A DNA stretch of 19,274 nucleotides. Origin: an uncultured Deferribacteres bacterium (lineage in GTDB: Bacteria > Zhuqueibacterota > Zhuqueibacteria > Zhuqueibacterales > Geothermadaptataceae). The stretch lies in assembly GCA_964014485.1 (NCBI GenBank), contig CAXHAT010000154.1:1-19274 (forward strand), in the 5' to 3' direction. Numbering within the stretch: the first letter of the stretch is position 1; each line of letters starts with the position of its first letter. Below, in pieces: positions 1-8,563 of the stretch. The translations under genes were made by a program, and so were the position numbers. Under the pieces are notes generated by a model. The model saw nothing but the letters and a program-made list of their open reading frames with translations. It made no database searches and was not told the origin of the DNA.

Positions 1-55
1 ACAATCCAACAATCCAACAATCCAACAATCCAACAATCCAACAATCCAACAATCC
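1..55. repeat. Octamer tandem repeat (ACAATCCA)n, cut by window edge
   Basis: Six perfect ACAATCCA units plus 7 of 8 nt of a seventh, ending 11 nt before the ATG at 67. Confidence 0.97.
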
Positions 56-66
56 GCCTGGAAAGC

Positions 67-996
67 ATGAAAAACGATCGCGCCCTTAAAATTTTGTTTA
101 TCCGCCAATACAAGCGCCGCACGGGCGGGCATGTGACGGTGCGCGATTATTTCATGCATTCGCTCAAACATCCGCGTCTGGAGCCGTTCGTCTATTTTTC
201 GCCGGATTCCGACATGGCGAGCAACGATCTTTGGCGACACGTTGACCGCGCGCGTTTTGTCGATGAAGTCAATGTCGACGATTACGATATGTTTTTCGTC
301 GGCGGGGATGATTGGAAGTACTTGCCGGAGGACATGCAAGGCAAAAAGGTCATCAACGCGATTTTGCATGTGCGGCACGGCAAACGGAAATCGCTTCGAG
401 CCTTGCTGAAAAATCCGGCGTTTCGCATTTGCAACAGCAAAGAAGTGCGCCAGGCGATTCTCCCAGCGGCAAACGGACCGGCTGTTACGATCCACAACGC
501 GGTCGATTTTGAAATTTTCAAGACAAGTGACGAAAAAAAAACAAATTCGGTCTTGATTTGGGGGCAAAAAAATACGCATCTTGCGAGCTTCATTTTTGAA
601 GCCCTTCAGGCGCGCGGCGATTGCGCGGTCGATCTCCAGATCGAAAGCATTCCCCGCGAGGCGTTTGCCGCAAAATTGCAAAAAACGGACGTTTTTGTAC
701 CGCTGCCAAACAAAACCGAGGGTTTTTACCGCCCGTCGCTCGAGGGCATGGCCAGCCGTTGCGCCGTCGTCTGTTCCGACGCCAAGGGCAACCGCAACCA
801 CTGCATTGACGGCGAAACGTGTTTGCAGCCAAAATTTGACAACGCCGATTCGCATTTGGAAAAAATAAATCTGCTGCTGACAGAGCCGCATTTGAAGGAA
901 AAAATTCGCGACTTGGGCTGGCGCAAGGCACAGGAATTCTCGCTGGAAACGCAGCGGGCGAAGTATTATGAATTTTTAGAAAAAGAAGTTTTTTAA
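67..996 (+). CDS. Glycosyltransferase, GT-B fold (GT4 / Glycos_transf_1-like)
   Basis: 309 aa. N-terminal 'LKILF...GGH' and C-terminal E-x7-E motif 'EGFYRPSLEGMASRCAVVCSD', followed by 'CIDGETC' and 'KAQEFS'. Confidence 0.85.
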   Translation: MKNDRALKILFIRQYKRRTGGHVTVRDYFMHSLKHPRLEPFVYFSPDSDMASNDLWRHVDRARFVDEVNVDDYDMFFVGGDDWKYLPEDMQGKKVINAILHVRHGKRKSLRALLKNPAFRICNSKEVRQAILPAANGPAVTIHNAVDFEIFKTSDEKKTNSVLIWGQKNTHLASFIFEALQARGDCAVDLQIESIPREAFAAKLQKTDVFVPLPNKTEGFYRPSLEGMASRCAVVCSDAKGNRNHCIDGETCLQPKFDNADSHLEKINLLLTEPHLKEKIRDLGWRKAQEFSLETQRAKYYEFLEKEVF

Positions 997-997
997 A

Positions 998-1062
998 GTG
1001 ATTAGTAATAAGAAGTTAGTCATTAGTGTCAGTCTAATGACTAATTACTAAATACAAATCAC
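998..1062. repeat. Degenerate heptamer-based inverted repeat (hairpin)
   Basis: TTAGTCATTAG (1016-1026) is the exact reverse complement of CTAATGACTAA (1034-1044), with a 7-nt loop. Outer arms GTGATT/AATCAC and TTAGTAAT/ATTACTAA also pair. Confidence 0.8.
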
Positions 1063-1082
1063 TCATCTCTGGAACAGGCATC

Positions 1083-1766
1083 ATGAACAAGCAACTCCGC
1101 GACGATCCGGTTATTCTGCTCGGCATGCATCATTCGGGCACGTCGATTTTGGCGCGCATTCTTCACGAGAATGGCGTGCATATGCAAGCCAACATGCGCC
1201 ATCATGAGTCGAAATTTTTCGCTCTCCAACTTCATGATTCATTGGTCCTGCAAGGCGGCGACGGCTGGGCGAGGGTGCCGATTATGCCGGTCGAAGAAGT
1301 GATGCATTGGAAAAACGAAATTCAAAGACTGATTGCGAAAAAAGGCCTGCGCAAGTATCGCGATGCAGGTTATGACGGCGTTTCGCGCTGGGGCTTCAAA
1401 GACCCGCGTACGTGCATCATGACGCCGATGTATTTGAAAATTTTTCCAAACGCGCACTTGGTTCACATCGTCAGGAGCGCGGACGATGTGGCGACTTCAC
1501 TGGCGGAAAATGTTAAGCGCGGCGTGGGCAATATTCCGGATCGTGAGCATTGGAAGGCGCTTTGGCGGGAGTACGTCGGGCGCGTGCGTGAGTTTGGGCC
1601 AAAGCACAAGAACTATTACGAAATGGCGTACCAGGATTTTTGCTTCGAGCCGGTCGAAGAGATTAAAAAGCTTTTTGCCTGGTTGAACGTTGAATTTACT
1701 GAGAAAACGGAAACGTTCCTGCGCGAAAACATTTACACGCACCGCGTGAATATTAGTGAGCAATGA
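1083..1766 (+). CDS. PAPS-dependent sulfotransferase (Sulfotransfer_3-like)
   Basis: 5'-PSB-like 'ILLGMHHSGTSILARIL', 'WGFKDPR', 3'-PB-like 'HIVRSADDVATSL', and 'AYQDFCFEP...LFAWL'. Directly upstream of sat and cysC. Confidence 0.88.
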   Translation: MNKQLRDDPVILLGMHHSGTSILARILHENGVHMQANMRHHESKFFALQLHDSLVLQGGDGWARVPIMPVEEVMHWKNEIQRLIAKKGLRKYRDAGYDGVSRWGFKDPRTCIMTPMYLKIFPNAHLVHIVRSADDVATSLAENVKRGVGNIPDREHWKALWREYVGRVREFGPKHKNYYEMAYQDFCFEPVEEIKKLFAWLNVEFTEKTETFLRENIYTHRVNISEQ

Positions 1767-1796
1767 TTAGAAATTAGTGATTTGTAAACAGTAAGC
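1747..1796. repeat. Degenerate heptamer tandem array overlapping the sulfotransferase stop
   Basis: TATTAGT GAGCAAT GATTAGA AATTAGT GATTTGT AAACAGT: 7-nt periodicity similar to the arrays at 998-1062 and 8353-8436. Confidence 0.6.
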
Positions 1797-1849
1797 TAAC
1801 GGCTAAAAGCCGGCAGCAAGTAATTTAATAACCGAGGAGAGAAGTTTAG

Positions 1850-3016
1850 ATGTTTAAAAGTATTCCCCACGGAGGCGAGTTGGTCAATCGCACGGTTTCC
1901 GGCGATGCGCGCGAAGCGGTATTGCAACGCGCGACAGACCTGAAAAAAGTTGAATTAAGCGAAGTCAGCATCGCCGACCTGGAAATGATTAGCAACGGCG
2001 CGATGAGTCCGTTGACCGGCTTCATGAAGCAGGCGGACTACGAAAGCGTCGTCGAAAATATGCGTTTGAGCAACGGCCTTGTTTGGTCGCTGCCGATTAC
2101 GCTTCCGGTTTCGCGGGAAACGGCTGATGAGATCGAAGTCGGCGAAGAAATTGCGCTTGTTGAGCCGAACGGCGATAAGTTGGTTCTCGCGACCATGACG
2201 GTCGAAGAAAAGTACACCTACGACAAGCGGCGTGAAGCGGAAAAAGTTTACAAAACCGCCGAAGAAGCGCACCCTGGCGCCGTGCGTGTTTTGAAGCAAG
2301 GCGACGTTTATCTCGGCGGCGACGTCACTGTCGTCAATGCGCCTTCGAATGCTACTTTCCTGGAATCGCGACGCACGCCCGCGCAGACGCGCGCTGCGTT
2401 TGAAGAACTTGGCTGGAAATCGGTCGTCGGTTTTCAAACGCGCAATCCGATTCACCGCGCACATGAATACATTCAAAAAGCCGCTCTGGAAATTGTCGAC
2501 GGTTTGTTGCTCCACCCGTTGGTGGGCGAAACAAAAAGCGATGATATTTCCGCCGCCATTCGGATGAAAAGCTATGACGTTTTGCTGGAAAAATACTTCC
2601 CGGAAGGCCGCGTTTTGCTCAGCGTTTTTCCGGCTGCGATGCGTTACGCCGGGCCGCGCGAAGCGATTTTTCACGCGATTTGCCGAAAAAATTACGGCTG
2701 CACGCATTTCATCGTTGGTCGCGATCACGCGGGTGTGGGCAGCTATTACGGCACTTACGAAGCGCAGGAAGTGATGTCGCAATTCACTTATGAAGAGCTG
2801 GGCATTGTGCCGCTGAATTTTGAGCACGCATTTTACTGCAAGCGCACGCTTGGCATGGCGACGACGAAAACGAGTCCGGCTGCTCCTGAAGAGCGCGTTT
2901 TTCTTTCCGGCACAAAAGTGAGAGAAATGTTGCGCGCCGGTGAAGTTCCCCCGGCGGAATTCACCCGCGCGGAGGTCGCTCAAGTGTTGATTGAGGGGAT
3001 GAAAGAAAACGAATAA
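1850..3016 (+). CDS. sat: Sulfate adenylyltransferase (ATP sulfurylase, Sat type)
   Basis: 'PHGGELV' N-terminus, '[13 protein letters not shown]', '[34 protein letters not shown]' and 'SGTKVREML'. RBS GAGGAG at 1834-1839. Confidence 0.97.
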   Translation: MFKSIPHGGELVNRTVSGDAREAVLQRATDLKKVELSEVSIADLEMISNGAMSPLTGFMKQADYESVVENMRLSNGLVWSLPITLPVSRETADEIEVGEEIALVEPNGDKLVLATMTVEEKYTYDKRREAEKVYKTAEEAHPGAVRVLKQGDVYLGGDVTVVNAPSNATFLESRRTPAQTRAAFEELGWKSVVGFQTRNPIHRAHEYIQKAALEIVDGLLLHPLVGETKSDDISAAIRMKSYDVLLEKYFPEGRVLLSVFPAAMRYAGPREAIFHAICRKNYGCTHFIVGRDHAGVGSYYGTYEAQEVMSQFTYEELGIVPLNFEHAFYCKRTLGMATTKTSPAAPEERVFLSGTKVREMLRAGEVPPAEFTRAEVAQVLIEGMKENE

Positions 3017-3029
3017 TCAGGAATATCTA

Positions 3030-3107
3030 AACGCGGAGTTCGCAAAGACGCAGAGCAATCGCAGAGTTTTTTGAAGTTATTCTCTGCGTTCTTTGCGACT
3101 CTGCGTT
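3030..3107. repeat. CGCAGAG/CTCTGCG-type palindromic intergenic element
   Basis: Left arm AACGCGGAGTTCGCAAAGACGCAGAG (3030-3055) pairs imperfectly with CTCTGCGTTCTTTGCGACTCTGCGTT (3082-3107). An extra CGCAGAG lies at 3060-3066. Confidence 0.85.
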
Positions 3108-3120
3108 AAGAAATCAACTT

Positions 3121-3169
3121 CTACCCGGAATTATTCATAAACGTCATTCCCGCCTGCGCGAGCGGGTAG
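3121..3169. repeat. Collapsed GTCATTCCCGC REP-like remnant inside a 7-bp inverted repeat
   Basis: GTCATTCCCGCCTGCGCG (3143-3160) matches both ends of the element at 17931-17999. It lies between CTACCCG (3121-3127) and CGGGTAG (3163-3169). Confidence 0.6.
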
Positions 3170-3220
3170 GACGTTCTGAGCATTATAACCGAAATAAAAA
3201 CGAAAAAGGAAGTAACGACA

Positions 3221-3781
3221 ATGAATAATGGAGTAAAGGGCTGCACGATCTGGATGACCGGACTTTCCGGCGCTGGAAAATCAACGATTACTGAACATTT
3301 GGTGCCGCTGTTAAAAGAATACACCAGCAAAGTCGAAGTGCTCGACGGCGACGTGGTTCGCACCAATTTGAGCAAAGGTCTTGGCTTTTCAAAGGAAGAC
3401 AGAGACACGAATATTCGCCGCATCGGCTTTGTTTGCGATCTGCTTTCCCGGAATGGCGTTATTGCGGTTTCAGCGGCGATTGCACCGTACAAAGCGGTGC
3501 GTGATGAGATTCGTGAAAAAATTGACGGCTTTGTTGAAGTTTACGTCAACGCCTCAGTAGATAAATGTATCGAACGCGACGTGAAAGGTTTGTACAAAAA
3601 AGCCTTGTCCGGTGAAATTCCGCAGTTTACCGGCATTAGCGACCCTTACGAAGCGCCGGAAAACCCGGAAATCGTTTGCGATACCGAAGGCGAAACGCCG
3701 GTTGAAAGCGCACAGAAAATCGTGAACGGCCTGGTCGAGCTGGGCTATTTGCCGGAGCAAAAAGCCGCAATGGCCGCCTAA
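3221..3781 (+). CDS. cysC: Adenylyl-sulfate (APS) kinase
   Basis: 'WMTGLSGAGKST' P-loop, 'LDGDVVRTNLSKGLGFSKEDRDTNIRRIGFV', 'RDVKGLYKKA' and 'FTGISDPYEAP'. Upstream AAGGAAG. Confidence 0.97.
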   Translation: MNNGVKGCTIWMTGLSGAGKSTITEHLVPLLKEYTSKVEVLDGDVVRTNLSKGLGFSKEDRDTNIRRIGFVCDLLSRNGVIAVSAAIAPYKAVRDEIREKIDGFVEVYVNASVDKCIERDVKGLYKKALSGEIPQFTGISDPYEAPENPEIVCDTEGETPVESAQKIVNGLVELGYLPEQKAAMAA

Positions 3782-3839
3782 ACAGCTCGTTCTTGGGGGG
3801 AACAGTAGTCAAATCCCGAAATGATGCAACCAGGATGAC

Positions 3840-5678
3840 ATGAGTGGATTTTGCGGCGTTTACTCGCCTCGCAACCCGGAACTGGCTTCCGGTGAGATTC
3901 TTAATGCAATGTTAGACGCCTTTCGCCGTCCGCGGCCCGCTGTACGAGAGACATTTGTTGATCAAGGCGTGGCCGTGGGACGGCTGGAGGACAGGGATGG
4001 GAGCCCGGCGCAATTTTCCTCAACCTCGCCGTCGCAGGAAGGTGTTGAGTGGACGTTTTGCCTTAGCGGCCGCGTCTTCGCCCCAGTCTCTCGCGGCGCA
4101 ACTTCCTCAAATTCAGAGAAACGAACATACGACCACGCGGTTCTCGCCTCGGCGCTGACGAATGGCGGCGAAAGGTATTTTGAAAAGCTGGACGGCGCTT
4201 TCTTGCTGGCCGCCTGGCAAAAAAAGGAACGGCGGCTTTTACTGCACGGCGATCCCCTCGGTAAACGCCCGCTATACTACGCTTGGTTCGAAAGTCAGCG
4301 TGCCCTGATCTTTGCTTCCGAAGCAAAAGCGCTCTTGGCGCATCCGTACTGTCAACGCGAAATTGATCAAGAAGCATTCGCGCTGCTGACTTCATTTGGA
4401 TATGTCCCTGCGCCTTACAGTATCTTCAAAGGCGTCAAAAAACTATTCCAGGGAGAACGACTCTCAGCGACCCCGGAATCTGGATTAAACCTTCACCGAT
4501 ACTGGCGCTTGCCGGATTTTCAGTCTGAGGATAGAAGCCCGGATGATTTTGCCCTCGAAGTTCGGGAAAAAATGGCTGCGGCGTGCGGAAAATACAGCCA
4601 GGGCGCCGAAAAGGTCGGCGTTTATTTCAGTGCTGGTTTCGATTCCGCGACCGTCGCGTGCGCGATAAAACTTCAGCGGCCTGAACCGACGCCTGCGTTT
4701 ACCCTTTCTCTGCTAAACGAGAGAGGTGAAAGTCCGGACCTAAAAATGGCCCGCCGCGTCGAAAAAACGATGGGTTTGAACTTGCAAGCTTTGTTGCTGC
4801 CGAAATCAAGCAGCCTGATCGGTCGCTTAACGGATGTTTTTCAGCAAGTTGACGAGCCGGTTTTTTCGCCGCATTTGGGAACGCAATGCGTTTTGGGTGA
4901 TTCGGCCTTCAAAAGCGGAGCAAGAGTTTGCTATTCCGGCGGCGGCGGAGTAAATCTCTACTTTACAAGACCGGAAGAACGTGACGAGAAACGCCTTCTG
5001 CAAGAAATGGCAAAATACGGGGGGAGAGAAGGGATGCTGTTCAGCATGTACGGCAGGCATTTTTCTCCAAAAGAAATAAGTCGGCTTTGCGGCGATCAGG
5101 TTGAAAACCCGAAAGAAGTCGCCTTCAAAGTATTCGATCAATATTTGCAGTCACTGCATTGTGAAAACTTTTTTGACTACTCCAATGTTTTGAACGGAGT
5201 AATGCGCACGTTGGGCAGAAACGGCGCGATGTACAGGCATGTTGAAGCGATGACGGGCGTCAATCAGGTCATGGCGTTCTTCGATCTGGACTTAATGGCT
5301 CTAGGTCAAAAGATTCCCTATGAATTGAAGAAGAGACGATCCTCGACGGGGAACAGGCTTGTCCTGGAACGAGCCTTTTATGATCTTTTACCGAAACAGA
5401 TCCTGGAGCGAAAGAAAGAAGGATATCCCGGCTATTTTTGGGACAGGGAGATCGACGTGCTGCAAGAGAGATTTTTGTCAAGAAGAGCCGTTGAACGGCT
5501 TGGACTTTTCAATTTTAGAACAGTCCGCAGCATGCTGGACGATAAAAAGTACAAGAAGAAGCGAGCCGCCAATCAGAAGTTATTGAGCGTGATATTCATG
5601 CAGGCCTGGGGCGAAGTATTTATGCTTAAAGATTTGAGCGGGATTGATTGGTTGACTTCGAAAGCATGCGAAAACTAA
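3840..5678 (+). CDS. Asparagine synthetase-like protein (Ntn-like + ATP-pyrophosphatase domains), atypical active-site motifs
   Basis: 'LDGAF...DPLGKRPLYY...FASEAKALL', 'YVPAPYSIFKGVKKL', PP-loop-like 'FSAGFDS', 'FFDLDL' and 'LPKQILERKKEGY'. Starts MSGFCG rather than MCGI. Confidence 0.85.
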   Translation: MSGFCGVYSPRNPELASGEILNAMLDAFRRPRPAVRETFVDQGVAVGRLEDRDGSPAQFSSTSPSQEGVEWTFCLSGRVFAPVSRGATSSNSEKRTYDHAVLASALTNGGERYFEKLDGAFLLAAWQKKERRLLLHGDPLGKRPLYYAWFESQRALIFASEAKALLAHPYCQREIDQEAFALLTSFGYVPAPYSIFKGVKKLFQGERLSATPESGLNLHRYWRLPDFQSEDRSPDDFALEVREKMAAACGKYSQGAEKVGVYFSAGFDSATVACAIKLQRPEPTPAFTLSLLNERGESPDLKMARRVEKTMGLNLQALLLPKSSSLIGRLTDVFQQVDEPVFSPHLGTQCVLGDSAFKSGARVCYSGGGGVNLYFTRPEERDEKRLLQEMAKYGGREGMLFSMYGRHFSPKEISRLCGDQVENPKEVAFKVFDQYLQSLHCENFFDYSNVLNGVMRTLGRNGAMYRHVEAMTGVNQVMAFFDLDLMALGQKIPYELKKRRSSTGNRLVLERAFYDLLPKQILERKKEGYPGYFWDREIDVLQERFLSRRAVERLGLFNFRTVRSMLDDKKYKKKRAANQKLLSVIFMQAWGEVFMLKDLSGIDWLTSKACEN

Positions 5679-5733
5679 TCAGGCGTATTTGCGATAGAGA
5701 GATTTCAATCCAAGGATTTATGAGAGGTTTAGG

Positions 5734-7065
5734 ATGAAAATCGGATACATCAGCGCGGATTTTGGCGTGCCGGTCTTTGGCTTTAAGGGCGCGTCGATTC
5801 ACGTACGAGAAATGGTCGGCGCTTTTCGGCGCAAGGGCCACGACGTTCACATCGTTTCCTCCGCCATGCACGCGGGCAAGGGCACGGAAGGCGAAAGCAA
5901 CATGGGACAATTCGGTTTTGACGAAATCCCCGAAGACGCGCGTGCACTTTTTGAGCTTGACCAAGCCGTTGCCGCGAACGCCGGAAACGTTTTCTTTAAT
6001 TCCGTTCTTTCCAGCGATTTTCATCTGCAAATTTTTAAAGAACTGAATCGTTTCGACAAGTTTTGGGGCGAGAAAACGCGCGTCAAACAAGAGTTGCGCA
6101 ATCAGTTCTATAACCTCACCATTTTTGAACAAGCGCTGGAATATTTCCAACAAAATCCGGTCGATTTTATTTACGAACGTTATTCGCTGTTCGCCTTTGC
6201 CGGAATAAAATTGGCCCGCGAATTGGGCGTTCCACATATTCTTGAAGTCAACGCGCCACTGGCTTATGAGCAGGAAAAGATGCGCGGGCTGGAAATGAAA
6301 AACCTGGCGCTGGAGTCGGAGCGACGCATCTATCGCGGCACGGATCATGTGTTTGTCGTTTCGCAAGACTTGAAGAATTACGTTGTCTCGTGCGACGTGC
6401 CACAAGAACAAATTTCGGTTTTGCCGAACGGCGTTGACCCGAAGCGCTTCTTGTCGGCGGGCGACGGATCGGCGGTTCGCGAAAAATATGGTTTGACCGG
6501 CAAGCGCACGATTGGTTTTGTCGGCAGCCTGAAATCATGGCACGGCACGGACACGCTTTGCACGGCGTTCCGCGACATACACGAACAAAACAGCGACGCG
6601 CATCTTTTGATTGTCGGCGACGGACCGGAGCGCGGGGCGTTGGAAAATTTTGTGCAAGATAGCGGCTTGCAGGATTTTGTGACCTTCACCGGCAAAATTC
6701 CTTACCCTGAAATTCCGGAATACATCGCCGCGATGGATATTACGGTCGCGCCGTACATCCCGAACGACAATTTCTATTTTTCTCCGATCAAGATTTTCGA
6801 ATATTTCGCCATGGGTAAGCCGGTCGTCGCCGGACGTATTGGGCAGGTTGAAAATCTGGTCGTCGATGACGAAAACGGCTATATGTTCGAGCCCGGCGAT
6901 ACGCAAGCCCTTGCCGAAATTTTAACAAAACTCGTGGGCAACCCCGGTGATTGTGAAAAAATGGGCGGGAACGGCAAGGCCTGGGTTCTGCAGGAAAGAA
7001 CCTGGGATCGCAACGGCGCGGAAGTGCTCGCAGCGGTTGAGAACGCTCAAAATAGCCAGGCCTAA
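5734..7065 (+). CDS. Glycosyltransferase family 4
   Basis: 'MKIGYISADFGVPVFGFKGASIHV', 'YERYS', 'LEVNAP', 'PNGVD', 'GFVGSLKSWHG' and 'FYFSPIKIFEYFAMGKPVV'. Confidence 0.93.
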   Translation: MKIGYISADFGVPVFGFKGASIHVREMVGAFRRKGHDVHIVSSAMHAGKGTEGESNMGQFGFDEIPEDARALFELDQAVAANAGNVFFNSVLSSDFHLQIFKELNRFDKFWGEKTRVKQELRNQFYNLTIFEQALEYFQQNPVDFIYERYSLFAFAGIKLARELGVPHILEVNAPLAYEQEKMRGLEMKNLALESERRIYRGTDHVFVVSQDLKNYVVSCDVPQEQISVLPNGVDPKRFLSAGDGSAVREKYGLTGKRTIGFVGSLKSWHGTDTLCTAFRDIHEQNSDAHLLIVGDGPERGALENFVQDSGLQDFVTFTGKIPYPEIPEYIAAMDITVAPYIPNDNFYFSPIKIFEYFAMGKPVVAGRIGQVENLVVDDENGYMFEPGDTQALAEILTKLVGNPGDCEKMGGNGKAWVLQERTWDRNGAEVLAAVENAQNSQA

Positions 7066-7191
7066 GCTCGGCTGCGTCAGAAAGTCCGGGTACAACGCGC
7101 TTTCCATTCTGCACTTTACCGGTGATAACTCTATTTTTTATAGATTGTTTCTCTAAGTACTACACCTTTGATTCGACTCCACGGACGTACT

Positions 7192-8370
7192 GTGAAATTA
7201 AAAATCTGTTTGGTTACCGGTCAATACCCGCCGCAAGTCGGCGGTGTGGGCCACTCCGCTTTTCGCGTCGCCAATATGCTGGCGGATCGCGGCATGGACG
7301 TTCACGTCCTGCACTTCGTCAAGCACAAGTCTCCTATTCCCTTCGACGAAGCGGTTGAGAGCACGCAAGAAGAAAACGTGCTCGTTCACCGCGTCAAAGT
7401 CTACAATCAGCCCCTTTCCGAAGGCGTTTCCGAACACGAGATGCTCACGCGCTACAACCGTGAAATGTTCGACGCGCTGCATCATTTCCAAAGCAAAAAT
7501 CAATACGACGTCTTGCACGCCTTTTTTCTCTACCCGGCGGCATACATCACCGGGCTTGTCGGCAAAATGCACGGCGTTAAAGTCATCGCATCCGTGCGCG
7601 GCAATGATATTGGGAAATACGCTTTTGACCCAATTCGGATGCCGCTGATCAAATCCGCGCTCGAAAACGCCGATTATGTCACCTCGGTCGCAACCAGCTT
7701 GATCGAGTTGGCGGACAAGGGACTCACGCCAATTGCGCACAAATCCAAGACCATTTTGAATTCCATCGACTTCACGCGGCTTACGCCCAAAAACAAACCG
7801 GATTTAAAATTGAACGGGCACGTGATTGGCTCGATCGGCTTGTTTCGCTATAAAAAGGGCATGGTCTATTTGTGCAAGGCGCTTGGCCGTCTCAAGGACA
7901 AATTTGACTTCACGCTGCTTTTGGCGGGCGACTATTTTAAAGAAGAAGACCGCGAGCCGCACTTGCAGTTTTTTAAAGAAAACGGCCTGGAAGATCGCGT
8001 GATCGTGACCGGTCGGGTGCCGCACAGCGAAGTGGCCAACTACATCGATTTGCTCGATATTTTGGTGTTCCCGTCGCTGTTTTCCGAAGGCTGCCCGCTT
8101 TCCATGCTCGAAGCAATGGCGATGAAAAAAGTGATTGTCGGCGCGCGAGCGGGAGCCATCCCGGAAATTATCAACGATGGCGAAAACGGCTTGCTGATCA
8201 ATCCCGGCTCTTCGGAAGAGGTCGAGCAGGCGCTGCTGAAATTGTTTAATGACTCCGATCTGCGCACCCGGTTGGCCGAGAAAGCCGCTGAGACGGTGCA
8301 AGGGCGCACTTTGCAGCAAGAGTTTGAAGATTGGATGAGCGTTTATGAAGAAGTAAATGGTGAGCAGTAA
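7192..8370 (+). CDS. Glycosyltransferase family 4
   Basis: 'KICLVTGQYPPQVGGVG', 'SVRGND', 'KKG' and 'FPSLFSEGCPLSMLEAMAM...GAIPEIINDGENG'. GTG at 7192 is preferred as start; the ORF track gives TTG at 7168. Confidence 0.93.
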   Translation: MKLKICLVTGQYPPQVGGVGHSAFRVANMLADRGMDVHVLHFVKHKSPIPFDEAVESTQEENVLVHRVKVYNQPLSEGVSEHEMLTRYNREMFDALHHFQSKNQYDVLHAFFLYPAAYITGLVGKMHGVKVIASVRGNDIGKYAFDPIRMPLIKSALENADYVTSVATSLIELADKGLTPIAHKSKTILNSIDFTRLTPKNKPDLKLNGHVIGSIGLFRYKKGMVYLCKALGRLKDKFDFTLLLAGDYFKEEDREPHLQFFKENGLEDRVIVTGRVPHSEVANYIDLLDILVFPSLFSEGCPLSMLEAMAMKKVIVGARAGAIPEIINDGENGLLINPGSSEEVEQALLKLFNDSDLRTRLAEKAAETVQGRTLQQEFEDWMSVYEEVNGEQ

Positions 8371-8515
8371 GCAGTAAGCAGTAAGCAGTAAGCAGTAAGC
8401 AGTAAGCAGTGAGCAGTATACTGTGAACCGTGAACTGAAACAAAGAGTCTCCTTACAGTTTACAGTTTACAGTTTACAGTTTACAGTTTACAGTTTACAA
8501 CTCACAGTTCACAGA
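8353..8515. repeat. Paired, oppositely oriented heptamer tandem arrays
   Basis: Left array 8353-8436 includes six perfect GTAAGCA (8367-8408). A 16-nt spacer follows. Right array 8453-8515 includes six perfect TTACAGT (8453-8494). Confidence 0.95.
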
Positions 8516-8563
8516 TTTTGCCAGAAGAAAACGCACCATTGATAACGCACCCTGAGAAAAATA

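Noticed and set aside
1955..2983. Long antisense ORFs (also 5626-6411, 9023-9883, 11101-11886, 14124-14897)
   Set aside because: Shadow frames of well-supported + strand genes, with no motifs of their own.
1850..3781. Dissimilatory or assimilatory sulfate reduction operon
   Set aside because: No aprAB, cysH or sulfite reductase is nearby. The adjacent sulfotransferase explains the need for PAPS.
7066..7191. Internal promoter or repeat end between the two GT4 genes
   Set aside because: It has an AT-rich patch and a lone GGCTGCGTCAGAAAGTCC motif, but no convincing -35/-10 pair or inverted partner.
8246..8443. Minus-strand ORF with LLTAYC repeats
   Set aside because: Translation artefact of the heptamer array.
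8353..8515. CRISPR array
   Set aside because: The repeats are 7-8 nt tandem units without unique spacers, and no cas genes are present. The same applies to 1-55.
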